From assembly GCA_012295275.1 (NCBI GenBank), contig CM022665.1, positions 16,988,001-17,052,000 of the forward strand: a stretch of 64,000 bases of DNA, read 5' to 3'. Both the position numbers and the translations under genes were made by a program. Every line of letters begins with the position of its first letter. Positions within the stretch are counted from its first letter, which is position 1. Positions 51,401 to 63,439 of this stretch are shown here, one piece after another. A model generated the notes under the pieces. It ran no database searches. It had not been told where the DNA came from and saw nothing but the letters and a program-made list of their open reading frames with translations. Source of the stretch: Chrysomallon squamiferum (taxonomy: Eukaryota; Animalia; Mollusca).

Positions 51401-53622
51401 CACAAGTGTGAGTGCAAGCAGAAATCCAGTAAACGAGACATCGCATGTTTGATAACACTGACAAACTGTCAGTTTTATAGCATGTGACAACAGTAAAATG
51501 GTATCTGTTTTTTTACTTTGCTGTAAATTAAAATTCCATTTCAAAATATAATTTCTGTTCCACAATGTGAATTCTGTCTGTTTACTGCGATTGTGGAAAA
51601 CCACTGGGTTTATAAATTATACAATGATGACAAGAAAGTTGTGGACTCGTGCTAACCCTTGTTGTGGCAGTTGGTTTGTATCTCCACACAAACAGTTTCC
51701 GACCACCAACCATCCAAGCCCAGCCTGATGGATCCATACTGACAGTGATTTGTGTAGTTTCTGAAAAACAGAAAAACTTTAAAATAGACAAAAAAATAAA
51801 ATAGAGAATAAAATTTACATGATTACTTCAAGAATTTTTGTAGTTTGGAAGGAATTCTTTTTAATTGTACTATAATATATACTGTAAACTTTTTACATCA
51901 AAATAATGTAATAAATGTTATACATGTACAGTACCAATTTTCCAGCACTCTCAGTTCCAAAGCCTCACCAGATTAACCATTTTACCATGGTCACATAATA
52001 ATAATTCATCATCACATCTCTAACCTACCATTTATACATCTCTTATGTGTCTGAAGTATATCATGGACTGCTATAAATTTAAACAAATATTAAATGTAAA
52101 TTAAATAAATAATTGAAATACATGTGTTTGTCTCCGCAATCTTTATTCATGGAAATTCCATGATGCTTCCTAAATCTTTGAAGCCATCCTTCCCTATAGT
52201 CACACTTATGTTGTAATTTAAGTTCTTTATGGAACAACTTAGCCTGGTCCATTACCATGCTATGTGACAAGTCCACTCTATCACTCTGATGCTGTTGAAA
52301 CCATTCCCTTCATCACTCAAGAGCTCTTACCATCTTTCACAGTTTTTTTAACTGTCATTTGCTTATTGGAATCCCTGTCTGCATAGAATTTCAATGTCTC
52401 CCTTTGCTTCTTTATATCACAAACAGCTAATGAACCAATACTGTAGATGTCATGCAGTTTACCCACTGAAACACCACAGTTCATTTTTTTCAACAGTTCT
52501 ACTTTATCTTGGAAAAATATGGACTGGTGTTTACATTTGACACCACGTCTAACACCATCATTTGTCTTAGAAGCAGCTGCTAGAGTTAAATTCAAGCAAA
52601 ATAAGATTAGAATCTCACAGAATTGTGGTATCAAAACCAACAGCTGCAGTGTAAAGAATGTAAATAAGTGTGCCATACACACAATGCCATCTGTGGCTGC
52701 TCAGTAAACTAGTCTGCAGGAATTTCAAGTTCCCTCACGTAATTTTGTCTGGACGAAAAGAGATGCCTAACCATCAGATACCAGAAGTTCAGTGATTTAC
52801 CTGTATTATCTTGGTCAAAAATAATCCAGTAAGCTAAAAGTTAAGAAATGATCTCTGATACATCATGTTTTAGTCATGAGGGCCAAAGAGTAATCTGATG
52901 AAATAATCTTACAAACATCATTCTTCATGTTGGCATATCAACTCAATTAAGCAGTTATCTTATTTGTTCATTACAAATGATTGTGTTGATTATTTACTTA
53001 CTGTCAGTCTGTGTAAGTGCCTCAGTGATAAGAACAGGAAGAGAAAGTCCATAGCTGTCAACTTTGTGTGAAATAGTATCATCTGAAAATTGTGAATATT
53101 GTGATCTGTTTACTGAAATTTGGCTTCTGAAAAGTAAAATAAAATTAATAATAAACAAAATCATATGAATATTATGGAAGACAAAATAATGAAATAAAAT
53201 GAAATATATTTTGCTTGAAAACAACTGAAATATATTTGATAAATAAAATATTATTGAAGTTAAATCCCACTTTAATGTTAAATTTGGTTTTTGGAACATG
53301 TTTTTGTATTTTTCTGCTTGCTGTTAATAATTGTCAGTTACACTGTTGGTAATAATGTTTCTGAAATAGATGATGGGCTGATCGAAACTTTTTCCGGAGT
53401 ACAGTACACAACCATTTTAAAACGAACACGACAACTAAAAACTATTGATAACACGTTCTTTAACATTAATTTCAAACAAAATCTCAAAATTTACCGTCCA
53501 GATAATTGGGGCGTTCGCCTAAGTTGCATCGTGAATTGATTCGATGCCCGTTTATTCTGGGCAGATGATGGTGTAAACGGTGATGCCTTATTCCTAGTGT
53601 TCATCCCTAAGGGCGTAAACAT
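27158..53622 (-). CDS. NUP133: Nuclear pore complex protein Nup133, 34 coding exons, 1135 aa
   Basis: 34 GT-AG exons total 3408 nt with no phase conflict. Motifs [37 protein letters not shown] (ALPS), [70 protein letters not shown]. Confidence 0.97.
27580..27713. mobile_element. Tigger-type MITE (134 bp), TA target duplication
   Basis: TA|TAGGTTGAGGATCCCTTGTCTGAAA ... TTTCAGATAATGCTTTTTCAATCAG|TA imperfect TIRs; resembles Tigger4/MER46 ends as recalled. Confidence 0.7.
28224..28309 (-). CDS. NUP133: NUP133 exon 33
   Basis: [13 protein letters not shown]; phase 2/1. Confidence 0.92.
30117..30178 (-). CDS. NUP133: NUP133 exon 32
   Basis: [10 protein letters not shown]; phase 0/2. Confidence 0.93.
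30614..30694 (-). CDS. NUP133: NUP133 exon 31
   Basis: [17 protein letters not shown]; phase 0/0. Confidence 0.94.
30816..30872 (-). CDS. NUP133: NUP133 exon 30
   Basis: [11 protein letters not shown]; phase 0/0. Confidence 0.92.
31357..31418 (-). CDS. NUP133: NUP133 exon 29
   Basis: ILHHETLP; phase 1/0. Confidence 0.92.
31824..31899 (-). CDS. NUP133: NUP133 exon 28
   Basis: [12 protein letters not shown]; phase 0/1. Confidence 0.93.
32889..32948 (-). CDS. NUP133: NUP133 exon 27
   Basis: AHETL...FLSKKK; phase 0/0. Confidence 0.92.
33136..33260 (-). CDS. NUP133: NUP133 exon 26
   Basis: KRGRLL...YLSWLHDI; phase 1/0. Confidence 0.95.
34477..34600 (+). mobile_element. Degenerate SINE-like repeat, opposite orientation
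   Basis: GGATCAATC...ATTTCTTGTTCCAGTCAGTG...AAAGGCAGTGATAGGTGTTTTCCTG is the reverse-complement counterpart of the other copies. Confidence 0.45.
36640..36892. repeat. Degenerate tandem duplication, 2 x ~125 bp
   Basis: TGACTG.TAAACATGAA...GTTTTTGATAAAATGCTAA occurs twice. Confidence 0.75.
37471..37510 (-). CDS. NUP133: NUP133 exon 25
   Basis: [13 protein letters not shown]; phase 0/1. Confidence 0.92.
38059..38192 (-). CDS. NUP133: NUP133 exon 24
   Basis: [19 protein letters not shown]; phase 1/0. Confidence 0.96.
38507..38720 (-). CDS. NUP133: NUP133 exon 23
   Basis: [12 protein letters not shown]; phase 0/1. Confidence 0.94.
39177..39320 (-). CDS. NUP133: NUP133 exon 22
   Basis: [10 protein letters not shown]; phase 0/0. 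Confidence 0.94.
39836..39958 (-). CDS. NUP133: NUP133 exon 21
   Basis: VSRIDEIV...INTILE; phase 0/0. Confidence 0.93.
40292..40394 (-). CDS. NUP133: NUP133 exon 20
   Basis: [10 protein letters not shown]; phase 2/0. Confidence 0.95.
40872..40978 (-). CDS. NUP133: NUP133 exon 19
   Basis: [15 protein letters not shown]; phase 0/2. Confidence 0.95.
41393..41499 (-). CDS. NUP133: NUP133 exon 18
   Basis: [16 protein letters not shown]; phase 1/0. Confidence 0.95.
41585..41825 (-). mobile_element. Degenerate SINE-like dispersed repeat
   Basis: Shares the motif (T)AGCA..AAGG.AT.TTT.TAT.TGCAC....CA.AGACAG with segments near 16180-16240, 20505-20620 and 28630-28740, and reversed near 34477-34600; resembles a gastropod SINE as recalled. 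Confidence 0.5.
41955..42111 (-). CDS. NUP133: NUP133 exon 17
   Basis: [16 protein letters not shown]; phase 0/1. Confidence 0.96.
42624..42728 (-). CDS. NUP133: NUP133 exon 16
   Basis: RLKAAF; phase 0/0. Confidence 0.9.
43051..43096 (-). CDS. NUP133: NUP133 exon 15
   Basis: 46-nt exon that restores phase 2/0. Confidence 0.82.
43487..43568 (-). CDS. NUP133: NUP133 exon 14
   Basis: [10 protein letters not shown]; phase 1/2. Confidence 0.9.
44040..44330. repeat. Degenerate ~30-bp AT-rich tandem array
   Basis: Repeated ACATAATTAAAACTAAAT.AGA.AAATATT. Confidence 0.7.
44361..44420 (-). CDS. NUP133: NUP133 exon 13
   Basis: DLILGAG; phase 1/1. Confidence 0.9.
44800..44902 (-). CDS. NUP133: NUP133 exon 12
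   Basis: YKLLVPD...TAFIYD; phase 0/1. Confidence 0.9.
45593..45672 (-). CDS. NUP133: NUP133 exon 11
   Basis: Open frame, AG/GT bounded; phase 1/0. Confidence 0.86.
45963..46030 (-). CDS. NUP133: NUP133 exon 10
   Basis: NGVLILGCG; phase 2/1. Confidence 0.9.
46260..46321 (-). CDS. NUP133: NUP133 exon 9
   Basis: KIWLLDMK; phase 0/2. Confidence 0.9.
46505..46564 (-). CDS. NUP133: NUP133 exon 8
   Basis: [20 protein letters not shown]; phase 0/0. Confidence 0.9.
47706..47816 (-). CDS. NUP133: NUP133 exon 7
   Basis: [16 protein letters not shown]; phase 0/0. Confidence 0.92.
48248..48358 (-). CDS. NUP133: NUP133 exon 6 (ALPS motif)
   Basis: [17 protein letters not shown]; phase 0/0. Confidence 0.94.
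48649..48714 (-). CDS. NUP133: NUP133 exon 5
   Basis: [16 protein letters not shown]; phase 0/0. Confidence 0.9.
49896..50120 (-). CDS. NUP133: NUP133 exon 4
   Basis: [10 protein letters not shown]...[10 protein letters not shown]; phase 0/0. Confidence 0.95.
51163..51434. repeat. Tandem duplication, 2 x 136 bp
   Basis: Copies start at 51163 and 51299 and differ at only a few positions. Confidence 0.95.
51657..51760 (-). CDS. NUP133: NUP133 exon 3
   Basis: [15 protein letters not shown]; phase 1/0. Confidence 0.94.
51929..52803 (-). mobile_element. Internally deleted pogo/Tigger DNA transposon with a Jerky/CENP-B-like HTH transposase remnant (NUP133 intron 2)
   Basis: Broken ORFs [19 protein letters not shown]...[12 protein letters not shown] and EWF...[22 protein letters not shown] match the HTH-psq plus CENP-B HTH domains. 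Ends TA|CAG...CTG|TA. No DDE domain. Confidence 0.9.
53002..53126 (-). CDS. NUP133: NUP133 exon 2
   Basis: [14 protein letters not shown]; phase 2/1. Confidence 0.94.
53495..53622 (-). CDS. NUP133: NUP133 exon 1
   Basis: ATG 53622 MFTPLGMN...TPQLSG; S/T-P rich tail; GTAAAT donor, phase 2. Confidence 0.88.
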
Positions 53623-53690
53623 GATTATGAAATTGCCGGCAAAAAGTTGAACATTAAAGCTATCTGTTTCCGGTTTGCTTACGACGTTAA
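53623..53690 (-). promoter_or_regulatory. NUP133 proximal promoter / 5' UTR
   Basis: CpG-retaining patch with an ETS-like ACCGGAAA about 50 nt upstream of the ATG; a CRE TGACGTCA lies at 54124-54131. Confidence 0.45.
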
Positions 53691-53726
53691 TAATCCAAAT
53701 GAAGCAAATTCAAAATTTTATTATTA

Positions 53727-53762
<36 letters not shown>

Positions 53763-54710
53763 GTTTTTATCAGTAAGATACACAAAAACATCGTGACTAA
53801 CCATGATAGGATTTTAAATCCAAATCACTAAATAATTGTATCAAATAATTAACAATCTTTAATTATATATGAATGTGGAATAAATTAGTCGAAGTTTCCT
53901 ATTATTATTATTATTATTATTATTATTTTAGCTTCATGTTTTAACTAATAAAATATTAAATAACATGAAATTGCTTTAATGATATTAAAACCTAAAAAGA
54001 GATAAAATTTACGTACTTCAAATCAATATTATTTCAAAAATTTATACATAAAATAAAGTACCAGAAGGTCCTTGTCGAAGATTTTGTTCATTAATATCCG
54101 AACACCTCGTGACGTTATATATATGACGTCACTAATGATAATTTCCTTAGTAATTTTTAAGTAGGCGTTAAAATTTCCCTGCATAAGAATTTAAATTTTA
54201 ATTAGTTTTGTTAAACTCTGCTATATACATTCTATTTTTCAAATCGCTGAACGAGTTTCTAGAAAGGCTAAAGGAAATCTCACATTTGGCATTTAAATCG
54301 TTTTCAACAAATTGGGCAGTTAGTGTATTTTCATAATTTACTGCAGTATATATTATTGCTATCTCTACTAGTCGCGTGAATCGTCTAAATTTGTGTCTAG
54401 AATTGTATTCTGTAGTTCTCCAATTTTTAGTAATAGTAATAAAGTTCATGATTCGATCGACGCTTTCAAATGTTAATAATAATTATTCAAATAATGTATG
54501 CAGCACGAAAAATTATGAATGGATGGATGTTTAACGACACGATTGGGTGTCAAACGAAGTTAAATACACCAAAATGGTACCAGTGCACAAGTAGTAGAAG
54601 TAGTAGTAGTAGCAGTCGTAGAATCATTTGTAGTTCCAAAAATTTATACTACATAAATTTAGATCTATATCATTTTATTTTACCTTATTATTATTTTTAT
54701 TGATTAACTG

Positions 54711-54759
<49 letters not shown>

Positions 54760-55019
54760 TACTTTCTTATAATTTTTATTTATTGATTGATTATCATTGG
54801 GATTTTTGGGGGGGTTTGTTTGTATGTTGTTGTTTTTTGTTTTGTTTTAGTTTCTTAATATTTATTATTTAATTTAGTTCACGAACATCACAAGAAACAT
54901 CCTTTTCTGAAGGTTCATATTTATTCGATTTTTAATTTAATTTTTTTTGTGTGTGTTACAAAAATGACAGAAGACAGATTTAAAACTCATTTAAATGACA
55001 AATACATTATTATAATAAT

Positions 55020-55880
55020 TTTAATTTTCTTTATTTCTGAGACTTAATATTTTCATTTTCTTTATTTTTCAGATTGTTAATATTTAAATTTTTATTTTTT
55101 TTGTTTGTGTTTCAAATGGATAAGCTTTAAAAACATTACTTATTTTTCAGATAGTTAATATTTGCAATTTCTTTCTCAGACTTACTTTTTTTTTTCCTCA
55201 GATTATTATTATTTTTATAATTTTAATTTTCAGATTGTTAATATTTACAATTTCTTTTTCAGATTTAAAATTTTTATTTTATTCATTTCTCATATTATTA
55301 ATTTTTTCATTTTATTTTCTTTCGTTTTAAGATTGTTAATATTTTCATTTTCTTTATTTTTCAGTTTGCAAATGTTTTCATTTTCTTTATTTATCAAATC
55401 TTTAATATTTTCAGTTTCTTTCTCAAACTGCTAATATTTTCATTTAACTTTATTTCTGAAATTATAAATTTTTATTTTTATTTTCTTTCATTTTCAAATT
55501 ATTTAATATATTCATTCTTCCGATTGTTGATATTTTCAATTTCTTTTTCAGATTTTTAATATTTTCATTTTCATTGTTTCTCATATTATTAATTTTTTCT
55601 TTTTATTTTCTTTCATTTTAAGATTGTTAATATTTTCATTTTCTTTATTTTTCAGTTTGCAAATATTTTCATTTTCTTTATTTTTCACAATATTATTTTT
55701 AGTTTATTTATTTCTCATATTATTAATATTTTCATTTTTTTTTTAATTTTCAATTTCAAATTATTATTATTATTTGTTTTATTTTTATTTTCTTTCATTT
55801 TCAAATTTTCTTTATTTTTCAGATTGTTGATATTTTCATTTTGGTTTTATTTTATTACTAATTGATATTTTTATTATTTA
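55020..55880. repeat. Degenerate T-rich ~30-bp satellite
   Basis: Repeated TTTCAGATTGTTAATATTTTCATTTTCTTTA. Confidence 0.85.
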
Positions 55881-57630
55881 TTAGTTGTTTTTTTTATTAT
55901 TTATTTATTTATTCTTTTATTTATTTATTTGTTTACTTTTCATATTTTTAATATTAGTATTATTTTAATTTACAGACAAAAAACAAACACGTCAGAAGAA
56001 GATGTCAGTTTTATTAATTTATTAATTTATTTATATATTCATAATTATTCAGTTTATTATTATTAATAAATAAATGCTTTTTTTTTTTTCTTTCAGAATG
56101 ATATTTAGATTCTTTTTTTCTTTTCTTTTTTCCATTTCTAGGTAAATAATAGATTTATTATTATTCTTTTTTTTTTTTTTCTTCTTCTTCTTCTTCTCAT
56201 TATTATTATTATTAATCAATTTTATATACAGGTGTGTGTATTTCAGAATGCTATGATCATTAAGTTCCAGTTTCATTTTGTAGATTCTTTTTATTTACTT
56301 CTAGACATTATCACTACTACCTCCATCACTCTTTTGATCATATTTTTTCAACTTTATATCTTCAATTGTTTCATTAAAATCTTTATTTTATCATCATCAT
56401 TATAATGTATAATTTCATTATTATTATTATAATTATTATAAGTAGTAATATTAGTACTAGTAGTATGACAGCTTTAATTAAACCTTAATAAACTATATAC
56501 ATATACATACAACTATATATATATATAGTAACTGATTACTGCTGTAGGATATCAGCTTTATCCTCTGAAGGTTAGAATGTCAAATTGCAGTGAGTCTCAG
56601 CCAAGCTGCATTCATTATTTAACCTGGGCATGATAAAGCTGGTAACCAGCTATTTATTTTATCCTACAGTCCTAAAAGTACAAAAATGATTGTTGCCTAT
56701 ACATAAAAAACAAAACAGTTCTTACATAACAAGTTATTTGTTTTTGTTTTTTTTAAATGAAAAACTATTTTCAAAATGGTCATTTAAGACCTAAACATTA
56801 AAGACTAAAGAAGTAACTTCGGACAACGCTGACCTAGGTAAATAAATAACAATTCATTTATCAGTGTAAATATAGTTCCATCCAATGCTTCAAAATGTCA
56901 AAATGTATCTAGTCATTATACCTTGACACTATAAACAGTGATTGCAGGATAAAAATAAATAAATCTAAAAAGAAAATGTTTACCGAACCATTTAAATTTC
57001 TTACACTTTAACTAATAAGAAATCCCCAAAACAAAAAAACTTTAAATTTTATTTTTTTTATTTTTAAATTCATAATTTAAATAGAGAAATTAAAATAAAT
57101 ATGAAAATAAATGAAATAATATTGGTATCCATTTTGTGTTTTAAACAAAGATAGAAATTATAAATATTACTATTATTATTATTATTACATTTTTAATATT
57201 TTAAAAGTTATTTTTGGTAGGATCAATCATTCCTCACCATTATAAAAAATATAAACATAAATACATTTAATGAACCTTAAATACAACAACACCTGGTGAG
57301 TGATGACACCCCCACCTCAGAGTGGCTAATATGGGAAACTCATACTTGAATATCAGTTACTGGGGGACTGTTCACCCTTGGTACATTAAATTAATAACTT
57401 AATGTTTTTCATTAACAGCTGTTTAATATTTTAAGTAGCAATCAAATAGTAAAAATACTTATAAAACATTTCAAAACTTGTCAGGATGAAAGAATGTTTA
57501 TATATATTTGTTAGCAGTGAAATTACATATAGAAGAAATTATAAATTGAAAATAAAAAATTAATAATAATACATACATACATACGTAAATAAAAAAAATA
57601 AAAAATAAAAAATGTAAAAGATATTTTATA

Positions 57631-57909
57631 TTAAAGGACATTTATCCCAGTTTTTTTACTATTTGTGTGGACATGAGGTGTCCGTGCATCTCTATATTTG
57701 TGTTATCCTAATTCTTATTAGTGTAATATGTAATGTTGTTGGTTCATAAAAATGCATAATGTTGTTTTGTTTTTATTGTTTATTTCATTTTAATAAAATA
57801 CTAAAAGAATGAGTCTTTGCAACAATTTATATGAATGACTGTGAATATACATATATAATATTTAAAATGATTTACGAATTAATCATCACTATTTGGCCTT
57901 TTCCTTTAA
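57631..57909. mobile_element. Possible Kolobok-like non-autonomous remnant
   Basis: TTAA|AGG ... CCT|TTAA termini; interior not diagnostic. Confidence 0.3.
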
Positions 57910-58582
57910 ATAGTATATGTGCAGTCAAAATCTCTGTATTAACATACTTAATGTAATAATCATAAAACACAGAAGACAAGACACTGGCGTCTCGACACAC
58001 CTTATTGCAGTTTAAAACAGAAGTTATTTAAGAAACGACAGAAAAATTACTGAATGATAACAGACTTAATAACTGAATTTATTTCTGTGATAAAAACATT
58101 TTAATCAAAAGCAATCCAATACATATTATTAATGGTGCAGCGGTTTCATCCAAAAGCAGATCGAATGGTATAATTAAGTTGATATTGCCCAGAGCAAAAT
58201 AACCTTAGTGAGATTGCCGCACTCAAAATAGGCATAATAATGTAATATACAAAAAACAAAGTCCAAGATAGCTGTTGACTAAAACTAGTAGGAGATGTTA
58301 ATTACGCCATCATTAAAATAAATAAATAAAGCAAGTGAATATCAAGGCATTGCTTTCTGACAAACATGCAAGAAGATTCAGCGCTGCTACTTAATTAACT
58401 AATTGACTAATGTTTATAATTTTTGTTTCCGACCTCATATTTCATGTAATTAACTGTGATTTATGTTTATTAATGTAATTACCATCTAGATAATATGGTA
58501 AATAAAGTAATTTATTATTATTATTATTTTTTTTTTTTTCTGATAGGGTGGGGTTCTGTGCATGCTCATTTCTAGTTTGAGC

Positions 58583-58629
<47 letters not shown>

Positions 58630-59526
58630 AAAATTCTGTTAAGTTTATTGTTGTCGTTGTCGTAATCGTAGTTATCCCAACTACACTGACGCAAATGGTA
58701 GCAAGGATTTCTGTGTTCGGTGTATTGATTAGAAATAACTTTCTGGTTATACTGGATGCGTTTCTTTCTTTGGTATACTATTTTGTATACATTCTTTTTC
58801 TCACAGAAATGACAGTTCCTGTGTAAGATTCCAGATAAACAGTAGAAAGGAGGAGTTTCTTTTTTCTTTCATTATGCGGTAGTTGAGTTTCGAATCTAGT
58901 AATGCTTACACAAATATGTACAAACACACACGTTGATTTATTAGAGTTACTGTTACTGAATTTAAAAAAAAAAATAAAAAAAAATAATAATAATAATAAT
59001 TCATCACATTTTTACATTAACTGTACAAAGGACGCCATTTAGGAATATTATATAACTATTATTATTGTGTGTGCGTGCGTGCGAGAGTATGGACGCGCGC
59101 TTCACTCTATGCACAGTCAAACCAAATAAAACATATTCTCTGGTTAAAAAAAAAAAAATAATAATAAAAATTAAAAACGAAAGAGAGAAAAAGAATTAGT
59201 AGCTGAATATGTTTCACGTAGCACGTAAAATTCACATTACCTATGTTTACATAGCTCATGTGCTTTCCTTGTCTGTAACAGATTCTCCCAGATCTGTTTT
59301 TCAATTCTCTTTTACAGCTCAGTAAATGCTGCGTATCTCATTTTATTTGTATCTATATCACTCTTTGAATCTCGGGTTTCATTTCTGACCAATGAAACTA
59401 TATTCACTTAGCCTGTAGGGATTTTTTGTTGTTTACGTGGAATGGTTTTCATCAAGATAATGTTTCACCTTCGTTATTTTCTGTTGTAATTGTATAAATT
59501 ATACCGGTATGTTATGTTCAGGAATG

Positions 59527-59529
<3 letters not shown>

Positions 59530-59610
<81 letters not shown>

Positions 59611-59613
59611 CAC
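59530..59613. repeat. (GT)n(GC)n alternating purine-pyrimidine tract
   Basis: Seen directly; Z-DNA-prone composition. Confidence 0.95.
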
Positions 59614-59961
59614 ATAATTACAGTCGTAATTTATGATGACGACGACAATGATGATGGTGGTATTGGAATATAAACAAACAAAGGTATAACAATGTGTTAT
59701 TTATTTAATAGAAAGCGAATATAACGCCATAACAAATATAGAGCATTTTGCAACATACAAAAAAACAAAGAAAGAATTTTGACAACAAGTTTTCATATAT
59801 CATGTATGTATTAACAACACTTTAAATTTTTATTTATTTTATTTGAAATGTCATGTACAAAACCTAGAGTTTATGTTTAATTATACAAGAAAATAAATAC
59901 TTTCATGACATGTCACGTCTAAAAAAATGTACATGTGCTTTTAATAATTATTAACATTTGC

Positions 59962-60005
<44 letters not shown>

Positions 60006-60974
60006 AAACAGCAAAATATTTATTTAAATTTTTTTTTTCTAAAATAAAATAATTATAATAAATAAATAATAAAGGACCCAAACAACACCTTTGTTCTGTG
60101 TTGTTATTTAAAATTTTGTGGAATGGTAAAGAGATAAATCAAATTAGTTCTAATGAATGCAAACGCCACATAACGAAAACAGACGACAGCCTAATCCATA
60201 ACTTATAAACCAACCGGAAGTTATGGAGGTCGTGACCTTGGGTCATACATAGAGGTCGTGTCATGTTTCCAAAAAACATTTTCCTCAATATGAGGTTCAT
60301 CATTTAATGTAATAAACATTATTATCAAAAACAAAATAAAGTAAAATAATAAATTTTGTCTTTTACTGACACGCATTTGAATATCTTATTTTTGTTATTG
60401 CTGTTATCCGTTAGTAATTTAAGCATTTAAATAACATTCAGTCAAATCTTCGTACCAAACTTATTATTTGTAGACTTTGATTATGTGTGAGCCCCTTTGT
60501 GTGTTTAAGAATGATTTAAACTGTATATAATAATAATAATAATAATAATGACAGCAATAATAACATCAACAACAATAACAGTACCTAATAATAATTTGTT
60601 ACCCAATCATATAAGTGAAATAAATAAATAAATAAAATAACGTCGTATATAAAAGCAAATATTTAGTAATAACTGAGTAAACAACATATTTACGAACAGA
60701 AAATAATAAATCAATAAATCTAAACAATAATTATATGAAATGTTATCCAAATCAATGATTAAGTGATAATAAAACAAACAACAATTAAACAAAATAAAAT
60801 AAATCCATAAGTAAAAAATAACAAAACCTTATAGCAACAATCAACAATAATACTGTGAATTTATGAAATCCAGTTTTACTGAAGACATTGCAAATGTAAT
60901 ACATGTAATTATATGATGGAAGTTCCCAATATTAGCGACTAGATTTTTAAGTATAATAATAATAATAATAATAA

Positions 60975-61005
<31 letters not shown>

Positions 61006-61202
61006 AAGAATCTCTAATATCACAATCATGTTTATCACAATAGGTGTAAAACGTAAATATTTGTACATGTATGAAAGTCCAGTGTGAGTTAATGTACACA
61101 ATACTCTGTACATAAATGTATATATTTGAATACTCACATACATACATGGACAGACAGACAGACACATGCACGTAGATAGTTGTGTATCTGTCGGTCTATC
61201 TG

Positions 61203-61260
<58 letters not shown>

Positions 61261-62012
61261 AACATTCATAAGTGCATGCATGCATACATACAGACAGAGA
61301 CACATTCATAAAACACATTCATAAATACATTCATTTTTCAATAATAATAGAAGCAGTAGTGGTAGTAGTGATGATGATGACGATGATGATGATAATAATG
61401 ATGATGATGATGATAATAATAATAAGATGATAATATTATTCATGAATCTATAAAATTATTAAAAATATAAATCTCATAGATAAAAAAGGTTCACATACCC
61501 CTACATGCAAGCATGGACACACGAACACACTCGATGTTTTGTAGGTGCTGGTGTAACGTGAGACTTGGATTCTATTAACGTACTAATTATAACAGTCAGG
61601 CATAAAACCTGACACAGATAGCTGTTCATCGGGGTCTTAGATAATGGTGTATATCCTCACCTAGAACCAGCATATTGTCTTTCCTTGAAAAATGTACCGC
61701 TACAAACATATATGTATAATATTCCAGTTTTTTCCTCATAATAAATAATAAATATACGGATGTATTGTCATACAGACACATCATCATGGATCAGTTATGC
61801 ACGCTAAACGAGATGAATGTCTGCAACAACATTCGTATACTTCAAGCCTTTCCCTTCTCAATATCGCGGATCCGCTCCTGACGGCAGTGATACTACACAT
61901 GGAATCTTATTTCTGAGTACCTTATTTCTAAAGTACAAACACTGGCAATGACAAATTACTTACAAGAAATCGTTTAAGATAGTAAGCTTAAAATGAGTCG
62001 CGTGATGTGATG

Positions 62013-62045
<33 letters not shown>

Positions 62046-62324
62046 CATTCATAACAGTAAAAGGTTGTTTTATGTTTTCTAATAATCTGAAACCACGTTT
62101 TATAATGAATAATGAAAACGGCTTGAGAATGATAATTAACAACTGGTAATGAAAGCAGATATTTAAGACTAAGTAAATCATTCCTAACATTATCTGTCTG
62201 TTATATTCTCGAGGTTAAGGTTCTTTTTTCCCCTTTATATATGTAACCGATAACTGCACACTAGATATCGCGAGATTTTATTATTGTCGAACTTTATGGT
62301 AAGAAAGACTAATTTCTATATACA

Positions 62325-62375
62325 TAATAACAACAACAACAACAATAACAACAATAATAATAATAATAATAATAA

Positions 62376-62422
<47 letters not shown>

Positions 62423-62680
62423 TTGTTGTTTTGTTATTGTGATGATAATTTAATAGTAGCAATAAAATTATAGCAGTAGGAGCAGCAGCAGTGGTAGTAA
62501 TAGTAGCAGTAGCAGAAATAGTAGCTATTGTAATAATGGTAGTTAGAACAATAATAGTGATAATGGTAATAATAACTGTATAATAATAATAATAATAATA
62601 ATAATAACTACATCATCAACAACAACAACAAAACAACAACAACAATAATAATAATAATAATATAATAAATAATAATAATG
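62325..62680. repeat. Compound (AAC/AAT/AGT/GTT)n trinucleotide tract
   Basis: Seen directly. Confidence 0.9.
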
Positions 62681-63406
62681 AAAATAGTAATATATAATCC
62701 GCTAACAAGCTATCCATTAATCATCGTTTTCTTTAATTAGCACTGATCCAAGTAATGTGATGAAGCGAGGATATCAATGTCCGGTCATCGCTAGGAAATA
62801 ATGAATTTTTCATATCCAAACGACCACATCAATACTTAGAATATTAATAACACACTTCTTAATGACCGTATCAGGTTGTAATATGCATGTATTAATGTAT
62901 GGTTATTTATGTGATTAATATTACATATTATAGACAATTAATATTACACACCACGGCATAATGTACGGATATTACCATCTGCCTAAATAATTTCCCATTC
63001 ATTAATTTAGTAGAACTTCGACAATATTAGTTTTTGATTAAAGGTATTTATGAACAGTTGTGTAACATGGCTATGAAGGTGTTAATTAAAGGTTGTTGCC
63101 AGTATTGTTTTGTGTATCATGTTTCGGGTAATGCTCAGTGGAAGAGAACAACGATATAATTATTGGTTTATTAATAGATTATATGAAACAAAGTACATAA
63201 CAAGTACATCCCATATGCACATGCACATACACGCACAAACACAATTATATATTGGCATATAGTCATTAAAAATATATATTCATACATACATTCGGATTTT
63301 TACAATCTGTATTTGTGCATTTCACTGAAAACACTATCAGAGAATATAAATAATAATGATAATAATAATGATGATGATGATAATTATGATGATAATAATA
63401 ATTATT

Positions 63407-63439
<33 letters not shown>

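Noticed and set aside
27158-53622. U12-type introns in NUP133
   Set aside because: No donor matches RTATCCTT; all 33 introns look like U2-type GT-AG.
60841-61305. 154-aa ORF and similar ORFs rich in poly-L/I/Y, ER or SL runs
   Set aside because: Translations of microsatellites and AT-rich low-complexity DNA.
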